Assembly (NCBI GenBank): GCA_965112155.1
Contig: OZ218106.1
Direction: 5' to 3' (one strand)
DNA from: Podarcis liolepis
Taxonomy: Eukaryota
Length of the DNA: 64,000 nucleotides
Under the pieces are notes generated by a model, which was given only the letters and a program-made list of their open reading frames with translations, did no database searches and was not told the origin of the DNA. The position numbers were made by a program, and so were the translations under genes. Shown here in pieces: positions 24,561 to 39,310 of this stretch (position 1 is the stretch's first letter; each line of letters starts with the position of its first letter).

Positions 24561-26848
24561 TACAAATGTATTCCTGGGACCGGTGCATAGTCTTGCCACT
24601 ACATGTTTACCTGGAAAACCATTATTAGTATTTTCTTTCTGAATTAAAGCAGCTGAACAGAGATATCTGCTTCAGCTAGTTTCAATTTTAGTTGCCCTTT
24701 CTGCAGCAAGAAAGCATTGTTTAGCTACTGAATGAAAACCTATTTGCTTTTGTCTGAAACCTTTATGATTGCCTATGAGTTTTCCTTCTTAGTCTTGAAA
24801 TTTCAAGTTCTCTGGAGACACTTGTGCCTCTTCCTTCTCTAGGAGATGAAATCTATTAGAGTCTGGTGTTGTGAATCTATGTTCTGCCTCTAAAGTTTAC
24901 CCACTTTAAATTATTTGTCATTGGGTTGTGGTGGAAATGTAACCTGAGGATTTTTTTTCCAATGCCCATTAAAAATAAAAATAAAAATTTAAAAAATTAT
25001 ATAGCATTAAAAATGTAAAATGGTATGAAAAAATAAAACTTTAACTATTCCAGCCACGATCACCCAGAGAAGTTTAAAAATAAATCCACATAATTAAAAA
25101 AAGAGAATTCAAGAAAGTATAAATGGAACCCAGAGAACTCAACAAAGGAAGCACCGCCTAATCCCCGTACTGCAGTTTAAACTGCCAACCACCACTCTTG
25201 TAGAAACTTCAGATAAGCCTTAAGGCTTAGATTATCTCTGAACGCACAGCTGCTGCAGCAAAACAGAATCCTAAAGGATTTCAAATGAAGGCCGTTCCTT
25301 GCTCTCCTGTGCAAGTTTTCTTTGGAAGTAATAAAGAGGGTGGAGTCACATAAGCTGCAGGCACAATAGGGAAGTCCTGACCAGGATCAAAGCTGTTTTG
25401 TGGATCTTCTCCAGAAAAAAACCTGCAAATCTCAACAACTCTGCGCCCTGTGTGTCGTGATTATTTGCCGCAGTCTTTGTGGTACAGGTGACAAGCCACA
25501 GGATGAGAGCCCTTTGGTTCTTGCCCTTCAGCTCATGTGAAGGATTAATATCTCTGGCAAGGTATCTGGCTTTATATACCTGGGTGGGACACAGCACAAG
25601 AACTGCAGTAGAAGACTGAAATGTAACCACTCCCTCCCTCCTTCTCCAGCCTTAACAATCTAAAGGAGAAAGGAACTGATCCAATAAAACAGGTGTGAGG
25701 AACCTTTGGCCCTCCAAATGTTACTGAGCTACAACTCTCAGCAGCTGTATGGCCAATAGGAACAATAGGAGTTTGAGTTCAGCAACTTCTGGATAGTGAA
25801 TAAATCATGACCTGCTGTCAGGGACTGGGCAGAGGAGGAATGGTGGAGACCGCCTCCCCAGCCTGACCCTTCCAGAGAAGCAGAAGACAGTTCAGAATCA
25901 CAACAGGGGTTTGAGGGAGGTCACAGCTCAGAGGAAGATGAGGGGGAAAGTTGGGAAATAATCGGAGAGGAGGAGCAGCAGCTGGCTGACACGTTGTCAC
26001 TAGAAAGCATTCCAGACCCACCATCTCCCAGAACCTGGCGAGCCTTAAAAGTAGGAGAGCAAAGAGCTCAAAGACAGATGGCACTAAGTGGTACCCCTAG
26101 AGAAGGTGATGCTGATGACAAATGAGGAAGTGGGAGAGAAGAGGGTTGGGGAATGTTCCAAGCCTCTCTCTGTAAATATTGAATAAAAAGCAGATGGTAA
26201 GAACTTGTCCTTGTTTTTGTATGTTCCTGGCAACCGGCTGTGGGAGTTGCTTACAGCCACCTGACACATGCTTATTTTGTATGGATTTTATGTTTTTTTT
26301 ATTTATTTCTAATGCAGGCAGCAGCAACTGTCTATACTGATTATTTTATTATTCCAAATAGACATTTTTGCTTGTTCTGTCCTACCTCTTCCTAAAATGC
26401 ATTAACTCCAGTTAACTTTTACGTGGGCAGAAATCCTACCAATGTCATTCTTGTAGGATGTTCCTCCTGTGTATCACTTGCTATTACACTGCTTGCATGC
26501 TTTTCAGTTGCCATTCAGACTAATCAGAACAGAATCCATGGGCTTAAAAGGTAAACACGTAAGCTTTTTGTATTTGCTGTTTAATGAACACTGCTGTCCC
26601 ATTCTGACTCAAATATAAATGCTTCTTGTTCTCCTGAACTAACAGATGCTTGATACACACGATCATCCTCGCTTATTGTCCAACAGTGTATGTCTCAAAT
26701 AAATAGCAAATGTGGCTTTTATTCCTTCTGAGACACCCAAAGGCTTGCAACATTTTGCTATGGCACATTCTGCTCACAAGGTAAAAACAACAACAAAACT
26801 ACTAAACTTGCTTTTAACCTGCTAGTTTTCACACCCAGATTGGATATA

Positions 26849-27005
26849 CAGTGGACCCTCTGGATACGAATTTAATTCGTTCCAGGGTTCCGTTCATATC
26901 CCAAAAATTACGTAAATAGAGGCGTGCTTCTGCGCATGCGGGTTTGCCGTGGCCATAACCAGAAGATTCCGTATCCAGAGGGATACGTGAGTAGAGGTAT
27001 GACTG
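26849..27005. mobile_element. Tc1/mariner MITE, family C
   Basis: TA|CAGTGGACCCTC...GAGGTATGACTG|TA; internal inverted ccctctggatacg/cgtatccagaggg. Confidence 0.8.
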
Positions 27006-27716
27006 TATTGCTAAACCATTTTGTGATATATGAATGAGCCTGCTGAGGCCCTAGTCTCCCACTACATACCACAACCCTGGTCCAACAACAAGAAGGAGAC
27101 TGGAAGAATCCACTTCCTGTTTAGCCGTAGCTGCAGTTTATTGTATCTCCCAAAATGACAAACTGTAGATTAGTGTAAAATATGATTTATTAATATACCA
27201 GGACCATAAACCATGGTCTGAGTCTGACTTGTCTCACTAAACTGTAGCTTACACAAACCACACTCCTTTTAGGGTCATAACAGTAAGCCACTGCTACTAC
27301 TAAATGGGAAGCAGATATTGCCAATTGTGGCTCATACGGTGCTGGAGGAGTGGGGAGTACAGAAGCTTGAGGATCAAGAAAACTCGTTCACGTAATCAAA
27401 CTGAGAAATCCTATTTGATCTCTTCATGCAGCTATATGCGATATAGATTCATCTTGTGCTATTTCAGTCCCTTCTTCATTCATGATGAACCTTCAAATGT
27501 TCATTTAAAACCCCAACAATGTAAGGTCCCTACATTTCTCTCTCTCACGCTTGTGTGTTTATACACACACACACATACATATAGATAGATAAATTTAATT
27601 CAATCAATAATTGTTCTTACGGAATTTTTTCTTTCTATTTTTTAGCTGTTCTTATTTTTATCTGTAAGCTTCCATGGGTCTCTGTAAGGGAAAAAGACAG
27701 GGTATAAATAAATATA

Positions 27717-28320
27717 TTGTTGGCATCCATCTGTCTCAAGAGACAATGTAGTGCACCTTCTGGGGTGAAGTCAAACCACTGCACTGGCAGTGCCAAAGTG
27801 ACCTCCCTGGGGTAGAAATGCGGGCAGTGTGTATGGAGGTCCTGAGCTGCCTAGACAACAAGACCTCCCCTCAGCCTTGCTGATAATGGTCCAGAGGAAA
27901 GCAGAGGAATATGTTTGGTACCAGCTTGACTGCAGGAGTTGCCGGAAGGAGGCGTACCAGACACCATCCAACCGTCTTACAGACTCCACTCTGTACAGTT
28001 TGCTCTTTAGACCAGGGTTTCCCTTCTCCTAGATGGGCTACTTTCCCAGGTTGACAAGCCCCTCACTTCCCTCTACTGCTTGTGCAGAAACCACCTTCTT
28101 GACTTGTCATGTTCATTCAATCTGCCAGAGCCTGTCTTTACATGCAGAGGAAGTCCCTAACACACTGAGGATTTGAGACCCATTGGCTACCCTCACCTGG
28201 TTTAGCCAGCCATTCAAAGCCATTTCCCAGAGGGTAGGGACCAAAGGCAGATGTACTATCCCAGAAGGAGCACAATGTGTCCTCCACCAGAGGTACTACA
28301 CCTTCCCTAACACCCCATGC
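27717..28320. mobile_element. Interspersed repeat, probably RTE-clade LINE UTR-derived
   Basis: GC-richer block beginning tgttggcatccatctgtctcaagagacaatg, resembling RTE termini; no coding motif recovered. Confidence 0.45.
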
Positions 28321-28512
28321 ACCTCATAAAATAATGTGCTTATGAAAGCTGAGCATTTTTTTTCCCATTGAGGAGATTCAGTTTTAAATTTCTACTGTTG
28401 CATTGCCACATACCACACAACAACGTAAAGGAAGCACCCTGCCACAGAAAAAGGTAAAGACCACCAAGATGGTCACGATACACATTCAAGAAATGCATTG
28501 AGTTTCCAGATA

Positions 28513-28754
28513 CAGTGGTACCTCGGGTTGCATACGCTTCAGGTTACATACGCTTCAGGTTACAGACTCTGCTAACCCAGAAATAGTGCTTCAGGTTAAG
28601 AACTTTGCTTCAGCATGAGAACAGAAATCGTGCTCCAGCAGCGCGGCAGCAGCAGGAGGCCCCATTAGCTAAAGTGGTGCTTCAGGTTAAGAACAGGTTC
28701 AGATTAAGTACGGACCTCCGGAACAAATTAAGTAATTAACCTGAGGTACCACTG
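28513..28754. mobile_element. Tc1/mariner MITE, family A
   Basis: TA|CAGTGGTACCTC...GAGGTACCACTG|TA. Confidence 0.92.
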
Positions 28755-29189
28755 TACTGAGTTACATCCAAATTAGATATATTCAAAGTAGACCAATTAA
28801 AATTAATGAACACAGTTTAGCTCCATTGCAATGGGTCTAATCTGAGTATAACTTTGTTGGAAACAACTCATTTCCTATAATAAATCCACCTACGCTTTCA
28901 AATCCTTGGTCACATAGTTCAAGGGAAATGGTTGCAAGACACACACAGAAATGCTATTCATACTGGCTTGTTTATCACAATACACTAACTTCTAGCAGAT
29001 TGTTTTCCCATTTAAAAATGGATTTGGATGGATTAGTGAAATAAATGAAACCTTATTTCGATTATGTATGAGGTATTGTTTGGAATTCAAACTCACATTG
29101 CGTTGGCAAGCATTCCCATATAAGGTATAAAGCCAATGCATGCTAAAAATAAAAGTTTCATTGGGGAGATCTTCTTTGTGCATTATTAA

Positions 29190-29305
29190 TCCAGGGGTTG
29201 GCAGCGTGCTGACCTCCAGATATTATTGGACTGCAGTTTCTACCAGCCTCAGCCAACATGGGCTCTGGTCAGGGGTGATGGGAACTGCAGTCCATCAAAA
29301 TCTGG
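29190..29305. mobile_element. Short ancient hAT-like repeat; related copies near 17090-17180, 18590-18690, 25693-25800, 32480-32615, 41060-41185, 49780-49900
   Basis: Recurrent motif tccagatgttgttggact.caact.ccatcagcccc and its inverse gatgggagttgtagtcca. Confidence 0.55.
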
Positions 29306-30468
29306 CTACATCTATATTAGAGGTTGCCAAGATGTCTAAGAACTAGTACAGAGATAAATATTTACCAAAAAAACAAAACAAAACAAAAACCAACCCTCAC
29401 AACTCTGGTGTTTTGATTTAACTAATATTTCCCACTACCTATTTGCTTCCAAGCCCAATTCAAGGAATTAGTTTTAAAATTGAATACCTTCATGTCCTGG
29501 GACGCTTGGACTTTTGAAAGCATCCATCTGTGTATCAGCTCTCATACTTATCAGAATCAGCAGCTCGCAGGATCACACCTGGCACACTCCAGCAGAAAGG
29601 CAGCACACACATGCAAAAAACCTCAAAGGAACAAATTTTTTGTATGATGGAGTTGCTGTTGTTGTCTTGAATGTGTCCAAAATTCATTAGCAATATTCTA
29701 AAATAAATCTTTTCCTCCCCCCAAAAAAGATAAACACCTTGTAACTAAGTCATAACTGAATGGTAGAATAAATTTCATAGAAATGAGTGAATATACTTAT
29801 CCCTAGTTGTTACTCTTGATTTTTGTAAGGCACTTTGAGGTTGTGAAAAAAAGTATAGGCTATTATTTTTTTTTTAAAAAAAAATACCTACAGTAATAGT
29901 TTGTATGCTGAGAGGCATCTAATTGAATCTCTTTCTGCATACCTGGATAGGCTCCAAATTTAATGTCTGAACTATTTCTTGCTCTAGATTGCATCATCCA
30001 GTTATTGCAAAAGTGTAATCTATTTGTCCTGTTAGAAATGAAAGTGGACACCTATCAAACACTCTGCAAATGGAACTTTGCCCCCAAGGCTTTCATTTCA
30101 GTTTTTCAATCTGATTTTCCAGTGTCTTGTACCAGTATTGTGCTGGTTTGATTTTTCATTGTACTGTGCAAATAACAGACATACCGTTTAAATGGCAAGT
30201 CTCCCATAAAATCATCAGGTTTAGTCTCTTGCAACCATGTTTCACCTGCACAAACAGTCATGTTCCTATTTCACACAAGCAATTGGTTGGTAGAAAGAGG
30301 ATGAAAGGACAAAATAAAATCCAAAGATCTTATGAGGGAAGGGAGGTTTCTCAGTATGTAATATTAGAGAATCGGTAGCTCCATAAAAGAATATTTCTGA
30401 AAAATTCAACACACTCTAATTATACACCAGTACATCTCTGCCCATTATCATCACTTCTCTACATGGTA

Positions 30469-30837
30469 GGTAAAGGTAAAGGAACCATGGATGTTTAAGT
30501 CCAGTCATACTTGACTATGGGGTTGCAGCGCTTATCCGGCTTTTCGGGCCAAGGGAGCTGGCGTTTGTCCACAGACAGCTTTCCAAGTCATGTGGCCAGC
30601 ATGAGGAAACCGCTTCTGGTGCAACAGGACACCGTGACGGAAGCCACACAGTTTACCTTCCTGCTGCAACGATACCTATTTATCTACTCACTCTGGCATG
30701 CTTTCAAAATTCTAGGTTGGCAGAAGCTGGGACAGAGCAATGGGTGCTCACCTCATCATGCGTATTCGAACTGCTAGCCTTCTGATCAGCAAGCCCAAGA
30801 GACTCGGTGGTTTAGACTACAGAGCCACCCATGTCCC
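30469..30837 (-). mobile_element. Sauria SINE
   Basis: (AAAGGT)n tail, ggcgtttgtccacagacagcttt.caagtcatgtggccagcatga core, 5' end ...gccacccatgtccc. Confidence 0.9.
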
Positions 30838-30850
30838 TGGTGACATGAAA

Positions 30851-31050
30851 ATTGGATTCCAGACCATACCTGAACTACTGTGTCCAGTTCTCGGCATCAC
30901 AATTTAAGAAGGATATTGACAAGCTGGAACTTGTACAGAGGAGGGTGACCAAGATGATCAAGGATCTGGAAACCAGGCCTCGTGAGGAACAATTGAGGGA
31001 GCTGGATATATTTAGCCTGGAAAAGAGGAAACATAGAGGAGACATGATTC
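30851..31050 (+). mobile_element. CR1 LINE ORF2 C-terminal fragment
   Basis: [37 protein letters not shown]...[16 protein letters not shown] matches the CR1 consensus pattern. Confidence 0.92.
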
Positions 31051-34000
31051 AGGAAAATTGAGTCTGTTAGTCAAGTGTTCACCTTATTTCTTTTAAATCT
31101 TTCAAGCAGTTACACATTTTGAACAAGAAAAGCATCAAGAGGAAGCCTTTAAAGGATTATATTAAACTATTAAATCAAAGCTAAGCTAATGCACAACATA
31201 AATGATAAAGGTCAAGAATCTAGATTCAATAGAAATAAATGTCTTTAATATAGCATTCTATTTGAACATTTCATATGTATCAAGCCAGATTTGATATTAC
31301 GAGTTCAGATTTAGTGGGAGGGGAGGGGATATCTAACACACTGGATGGATTTGCATGAGATGTGTAAGTGACACAAATACCATCTGGCAACAGCAGAGGA
31401 ATCCCCCTACTGTGCAAATTTTATTCTAACGAAGTCCAGAATTAATACTTATAAATAGATAATATAGATTGTGAAACACATTAGTGTTGGATTTGGAATC
31501 CAACACATTATTGGCCAACCTGAGATTCTTTCAGAATAGATAACATGGAATTCCATCTAGCTGTGATGAGAGAATGATCTATGGGCAGCTCTGACAAGAA
31601 GATACATCTCAAGGTTTACAGTGATAAGCTAGAACTGGGCCAATCAGCTGGAGAACAATTGGGAGAATCTCAATGAAACATCTTTATTCAAAATAGCATA
31701 CCTCTCCTCAATCAAAGGACAAAAGAAGTCCAACACTTAGATGACCTGCTTATCAGCTCCCATGGGGATCTGGCTGGCTGCTGTTGAAAACAGATCAATA
31801 TGGACAGTGGTGTGATTCAGGAGAAATCTACTTAATTCTACAATTCCCAAATCACCATTTTTGTACCACAAGTGTAGTACAGAATCACTTCCCAAACAGA
31901 TCCTCCTACACTCACCAAAAATCGATTTCCCACAGATTCTCCCAAATTTATTTCTCCTTGAATCCTGCCCCAGCCTTATTTTCTACACAGATATCTTCCC
32001 AAAGAAGAAGAAATAAATCATGAAAATGGAATGTTCTTGTGGCCAATCTACATCATCTGCCTGGTACTGTGGGGCCTCCCTCCACACCAGAGGGTGAGGA
32101 CCAGTCATTGGAGCTATGCATTGTCATGCCCAGTGCCATCAAGAGGTTTTGGCTTGCCTAGGGCAGTAAATTGAGATTAGTTTCCTACACTTTTCCATTC
32201 ACCCTGCAGATGTTATGTTAATAAATGTGAACTTGTGCAACCTGTTTTATGTATCTTGTCTCTTCATTCCTTGGTCTGGTCATAATCCATGTCAATGGTA
32301 TTCACCAGGAAGGGATGGAAATCACTACCACATAATAGCTGCAGTCCACACATTGAGCTGTACCAAATGAGATAGTGGGAAATGGTGGTAGGGAACTCTC
32401 TATGTGGATGCTGATCTGTAAGGTGAATGTATTTCAAGGACCAGTTCTCTCTCTCTCTAGCTTCTATAACCTTAGATCAAAAATGGTGACCTTGCAACTC
32501 TCCAGATGTTGTTGGACTCCAACTTATACCAGCCCCAGCAGGCATGACCAAGATGGAAGTTGTAGTTCAGCAATATTCAGGAGGCAGGACAAGAGGCTCT
32601 CCATACCTGCCTTTAGATGTAGGCTGAGGATCATGTTTATAAAAATAGTTCTCGAGATTTCTTGAAGGAGGAGTGGTTTTGTGTGGAGATAAATAGAGAT
32701 ATGAATATTTAATTTTTGCATTTCAGGTAGCTCACAACAGTTCTGTGCATAATCTTATTCAACAGAACATGAATGGTACAGGCAGACCTTTGATACCTGG
32801 CTTGCTTTCTGCACATTTTTGTTTGTTTGTGAGGTTTTGGTTCCATAAGTTATCTATGGACTGAAGTGAGTGAAGTTGTCTAAACAGAGATGCAAATTGA
32901 AGCATGCAATTATTTGTTCCAAAGCAAGTGACTGAGAAAGGAAAAGAAAAGAAAAGAAAAGCAGTGCCTGATTATCTGACCTTTACTTTCTTAATCGTAA
33001 ATGAGTAAATAAATCATGCAGGATTATTTATTGTTCCTCTTGTTAAGCAATCCAGTTCCTTTTGTATTACTTTTAAAAAGAAAGGTCAAAAGTAAATCAG
33101 GCACAAATTAAACTAAAATTCCCTTCACTCTAGTCCTCAGGTTAAGTTGTGGAAGAAGAAATTGCATTGTTTGTATAGCTCTGTGAACATTTTATTGACC
33201 ATGCCCTTTGCACCGCTACCTTTCTCTTCTGGTTAGATTTTCATCATTATTTGCTCTAAACTCATTAGGACATCTGTCTGGAGAACTCTGTAGGTCATGC
33301 TCACCTAGGAGCAGTCTGAGTTACATTTAGGTCCAGAGGGTGTATAATGTTGTTGATTAGATAAATCAAGCACAACATGAATGCTGTTAGAACTGCATGT
33401 GAGTTGATTTGGACCTGGCTTTCCTCACCAGCTTTCACATAGAAATCAATTCAGCATAACGGACCCTTCTCCACCCCAGCTGCTTTAGGTTCTGTTTTCA
33501 TCTTGGTGAAAGTTGCAAGGAGTATGGTGTTACCGACTGTAACATATAGGATTGCTACTGATAGCTTCTTAAAGTTATTTTTATGGATAACCCTCCTTTT
33601 TATAGTATTATGCATGCTCGTAACAGACACCTACCTTCAATAAACAAAAGTGTGTGTCCCTTAGACATCATTAAGCATCAACACAAAATTTGTGGATCGG
33701 GGCAGATTCCATCACTTCTTTGAAGAAATAAAGTAAGTTCATCTCCATGGACAAGTCAGAGGACTGGTTCGTGCATATAACTTTTCCATAACTAATACAT
33801 GAACACACTTCAAAAGGAATCCAGGGAGATAAAGTGGATTAAGACTCTGTTAGCTGCCCCATGCTCTGCGAGGAATGATGGGATATACCTGTAATAAACA
33901 TGTTGACCTCTTGAATGATAGTAAAAGCACTTAAATCCATTGCTTTCCATGGGTGCACTCTGAGTATGACTAGCGTTTATCTATGGTAGCCTCCTTTGAG

Positions 34001-36725
34001 GTGCTTCTCCAGATTACTTGTACATTAAGCATTCATCTTGATTTGTGTGCACAAAGCCTATGCAGCAGTTAGACTATGTCCAGTCTTTATTGAGCATTCA
34101 TCTTCATTTGCTTGCAGGGTGTATATACGTCTTCCCATTAATCATTTATTCATCTCACACCACATCATCCCTTTCCTAATCCTTAATTTGATCCCATCAC
34201 ACCATAAACATTTTTCATCTCTCCCCCCTTGACAAAGAGAATGCACAGTTTCACTTTCTTTGTCTGAATTTGGCCTTTAGTGCTGTGCAGTTCTGGATTG
34301 TAACTGGAATTGCAGGCCGTTTCTATAATTTAGAAGATGCATAAACAAAATGTGAGTATGGAGGGGGGAACCCCACTGGTTTAGTAAGACTGAAGGGTAG
34401 AATGCCAATCTGCTTTCTTATTGTTGATATTTTGTCAGATGGTATTTTGCAATATTTTGTTTCAGGGATTAGGAGGGAGACTGAAAATGAATTCAAATTA
34501 GGACTGTCACATTGCACTAATCTCACAATCTTTTAGAAAACTTTGATCAATTTACTTGTCTTGTGTTAATAATTTTCCCTGATGCTTCTACTAATTATAG
34601 CATGTTTTGGGACTCTTTATCCAAAAGGATTTCTCTCTCTTACAGCCCATCTGTTCCTCACACTTTGATGTTTCAGGAAGTGTGTGAACGCACGGCAGTT
34701 ATTTCAATTAAATGGAGTCTGGTTCAGTTTTTACTGAGCTAACAGCAGTTTTCAATTGCCATTATATCTTCTTACATTGTATAGTCCCAGGAAGCAAGCA
34801 CAAGGAATCCCCTGAAGAGATTCCTCACCTGGCAATGGGTGACCTCGACAGGAGCATCCCTCCCACCACTATGTTGGCAGCAGACTCTTGGCAGCTCTGA
34901 CAGAATTTATCTGAAGTATTGTGCTATCATACATACTGGAGTGAAGTAGGTCACTAAGTCTCCAGGGGGAAGATGTTACACCACACATTTTAAACCTGCC
35001 ATAAAATGTTGTACTATTGTGAAAGCTTTATAAGCAGCTGGTGGTATACAATGGACAGGAATGTTTGATATGGGACTCTTCAGAACCCCTGTAAGAAATT
35101 TTTGCTAGGCTTCATCAAAACAATATTTGTTTCCCTTCTTCCATGTTTTGCCAACCAGGAAATTCAAAACATGCCCTTAGTTGTTTCACCATAAGCAACA
35201 TTAGCCTGAGGTAAATGGAAGGTGAAGTAGTTGAGTTCATCTCATGTTTTGTTTTGTTTTATGCAGACAGATAGTTGCTGGGATATTTCACCAAAATATC
35301 TATTTTTTACCTTGTATATAAAATTATTATTTCATTTTCTGTTTGAGAAATACAAATGGATGTCAAGGCTTTTAAAAATGAATGATTGTGTGCTGCCACG
35401 TATCAAATAATTGTGGAACCACACACAGAGTGCCTTGCAGTAGGCTAACACCAACATAAGAGACTGATCATTCAACAACAGAGCACTGCACCTTACATTC
35501 GAGGACTGTGGTATTTTTACATATTCAGCACCCTGTTTCTGTTTGTGAGTTATTGAACTGAAGGAGCGAGGAACAGCCACTGACAAAAACACACACACAC
35601 ACACAAAAACCCCAACAACAAATGCCAGGACACTTCTTGTTGCCATGCAAATGGTTTTGATTCCATGGCACAGAAAGATATTATCTTTTTAACTTCTCAC
35701 ATCTTGCCCTTGGTTCTATAGAAAGGTATTTACTTTACAGAACGAACAGCAGAGTTGACAGATTAAATGGAAAAGTTCACACATTTAGAGTTAGCAAAAG
35801 AAAGGCAAATCTGCAGAATGCCACAAAAACAGGTTTCCTTAAACATTTTGTGAGGAATCAAATCATAACTTATTGCCTGCTAAAAGTTACTCCATTCTTT
35901 TATTGGATTTCCTCCCTCCTCTCTCAACAGCTTGTTGTTTCAGCACAGTGAGATGTTTGCAGACTTGCTTTGGTCAGCCATAATTTATACTTCTTTGTGT
36001 GCAGAAAATCCCAAAGCTTATAATGCTTTAGAGTCTCGAGTGAGCAGCATCCTTGTATACACTTGCTGCCTTTCAGTGTGATTTCCTTTATACTCATTTT
36101 ATATTATTAAACAGTAGCTCCCTTTATTAAAGAAATAAAAACCCGTATTTTATGGGCCTCTGATTTTCTTGGCATGAGGAGAGACACTTTATTTACCGCC
36201 TTTTGAATTTATGAAAGACCTGAAATATGAGGTAGGTATAGATGGAAGCAGGTGGCACATGTGGGCTAATGACCCCTGTAACTTCACACATCCCACTACC
36301 ACCACAAACCTATTGTGTGATCTGTAGGGATGAAAGAAGGCATCCTTCTCCATTGTTTCCATTCTGCTGCAGTTCATCTTCCAGCATCTCTCTGTTCACT
36401 GTGGCAAAATTATGTTGTCATTACATCACCCCATTCATTCCAGTGCGAAGGAAGCACAATGCAAATCATTTGCGGACTGAAAGCAACAACAACAGTGAAT
36501 GCCGATCATATTCAGTGGCATTGACTTCCATTCCAGACATGTGGCAGATAAGCAAAGATCTGCCATTTCTGCTCCTGTTTCTGCTCTTGTCAGAATCCTC
36601 TGACTTCCTTAGTGGTCTGCCATCTTGGATGCTTTGCCATCTCATTTCCTCATTCTGAGACGCTAAGTCCTGAGCCAAGCCAAGAGTGGGGCTCATTTTG
36701 TCAATGCTACCCCAAGTGTACTCAC

Positions 36726-36904
36726 CTTTTATCATTGCCTGGGTAGGAGCTTGACAATGTTCTCATTGCACAAACACGTTCAGGAAGCTGCAACCCCATC
36801 TGACAAGTGACCCAAACCAGGATCAGAATCCGCCAAAGGGAGATAGCCTCATACCGTTCCAAAAATTCTTCTGGCAGCCAAAGAGGTCCAGGATCAAATG
36901 ACAT
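36726..36904 (-). other. Candidate exon ending in a strong 5' splice site
   Basis: ATG-led 60-codon frame runs to aaaag|gtgagt; non-repetitive; no homology recognised. Confidence 0.25.
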
Positions 36905-39310
36905 GCTCTACTGCAGATCAATACTTAACAGAACTCTTCTTCAATATTCCATGCTCAGTACTAGAGTCTTTAACTGTAAAGATGGAAATGACAGCAGGAA
37001 TTCTATAGCCACTGTTTAAAAAACACCCTATGTGTTGGCACAGCTACACCCTCTACTTCACCAGATTCCCTAGTTTAACTATCCGTAACTGTTATCAGGG
37101 ACAAAACTTTCTCCTGCCACACTTAAAAGCCTTGTAATGTTTCATTTTTCTTAAATAATTTGCAGTACTGTCCTGTTGTTCTAATAGATGCTAGCGCACA
37201 ACTGTGGCGTTTCGGGCTTTATGTTTTGATTTATGGCATCTTGGAACTAACAGGGAATCATATTTTTTACATTTAGCTTTAACTGCCTGCCAAATATTTT
37301 CCATTTGGAAAAAGAGTATTTTCTGAAAGCTAAATATCATACAATTTATCTGCAGCCCTAGCTCTGGAATTAATTTGTTTCAGGCAAGAGGGGAGGAAAA
37401 CATTACCCCAAAGACTGCCTACATTTATCAAGAAGTCATAAAGCTAAAAGGTTTAACAGCTTTGATTTTATAAGTGAACTCAGACTGTGTAAAAAGTTCA
37501 ATTATTCACGGTTTGATTTTTTTTATTTAAAAAGTATAACATTATTAAAATGATGGCACAAGCAAATTATCTCTAATTCCCTGACTTTATTTTTTAAGCA
37601 GGAGCCTGTCATTACAAGATCATGAAATCCCCCATTCTTGGAACAAAATACATATTATATCTGGACTTCCAAAAAGCTTTTGACAAAGTCCATCCGACTA
37701 AGAGTGCATTCAGAAGTGGGGGTTATTGCATTAGGCTTCCTGCTTAGAATGTCAGCACTTCTGTTCTAGTTTCTAATGTTCAGTTCACACTGCATTATCT
37801 GTTGCATAATGGAACTGTCAAGATATCAAGATACTGCTGTGTCATGAATTTCACTTGTGTAAATTTCACTCCTGCCAGAGGACATGGTATAACACAACTG
37901 TGGATGTCATTTGACATATCAACCCCGCCCCCTTTGTTTCCTTGTGATTTACTCATGAAAGTGGCAAAGAAGAACTGTATGACAGAATACTGCCCCAAGT
38001 GCTTAAATTTTCTTATTCATTTCCTCTACTGAATCATGACACACATTTGGGCAAGAGGTGCTGGTGCATAATAATTCCTAATGCTTGGTCATATTTCTAA
38101 CTATCTGTACATCTGCCTCTTGTTGCTGGATTAGAAACCAAGTGTGCAGTCCTGTTCAGGAAGGGACGGCATTCAATCCCTACACCTTCCTAAACGGGTG
38201 GCTAGCACCTTTTGTTATGTAGGACAGTGAAGCTTATGAGCCTTGACCACCGTCTGACTCAGAACAAGATTGGGTTTTAATAGCCATGAAGCATAATTAA
38301 TATAGGGCTCTCCAGCTGCAACAAAATTATGTATTATAGGGCCATGATGGAGTACTATGATAAAAGGGAGTTAAGTGGATGGCTCCACAGAGTATTTAAG
38401 AGTGTCCATCATAACTTAGATAATATTTAGGTGTCAGCACAAGAAATAAACCCCTGAGGTAGTTTTTTTTAGACATCAACAAAAACGAGAGCCATCAAAC
38501 TGTCAGGCTGATTTTTTATCTTAAGGGACCTTCCTGAGTTTGTGTGGGCACATCAGTTAAGGATTCACAAGACATGAAACAATGCTTTTTCTCAAAAAGT
38601 GCTGCAAGAATCTTATTACAGGCAGCTAAAATTCAGATGGAAATGCTTCACAATCACATGCAGTACAAGCCTATAAAGACTAGGGTTTAGCGCCAACCAG
38701 AACTTGGAAAGTTGGTTTTAAAAATAAATTAGGTTTTGTTCAATTGCAACATGTCCCTAAAGGAATGAATCCAGTTCACGTTTATCCCCTTTTCAGTTCA
38801 CAGCTCAGTTCAAGTTAAAGGAGCCTCATTGGGGGGGGGGGGGTCAACATTCAAAACGCTACAAGCTGCTGTGATGAAATATAAGATATGCTTAAGAAAA
38901 AAGTTGTGTCTTTTGTTGCTGTTGAAGAGATTAATGAATAACTCCACCCGCCCAAAAGAGATATACATACAAAGCATACACACAGGTGATTTAATGTCTG
39001 TAGCATGTTTTGGCTGTCCAGCTCACTGAAACTTGGGGAGAGGGGAGGTTCCCCACTTTCATTACTGGCACCTCATACAGATCTTGCTTCACCTTGGACA
39101 GGCCCAGAATTTTTCTGACGCACCGCTCTTTGGCTCAGATGTTAGGATTAATCCAAATCCACTTCACACCCCTGATAGTGATACAATGTCAGCATAAGTA
39201 CAACCACAAACAAAGGTAATGTGTGTTTCATTGTATGACTTTTACTTGGGAAGTCTTTTCAGTCTTCATATCAATCGTTGAGATGCCTGCTAAATGACTC
39301 TCGGGCTCCT

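Noticed and set aside
37655-37692. YLDFQKAFDKV motif
   Set aside because: Isolated ~40-bp CR1 RT scrap, too short to delimit as a feature.
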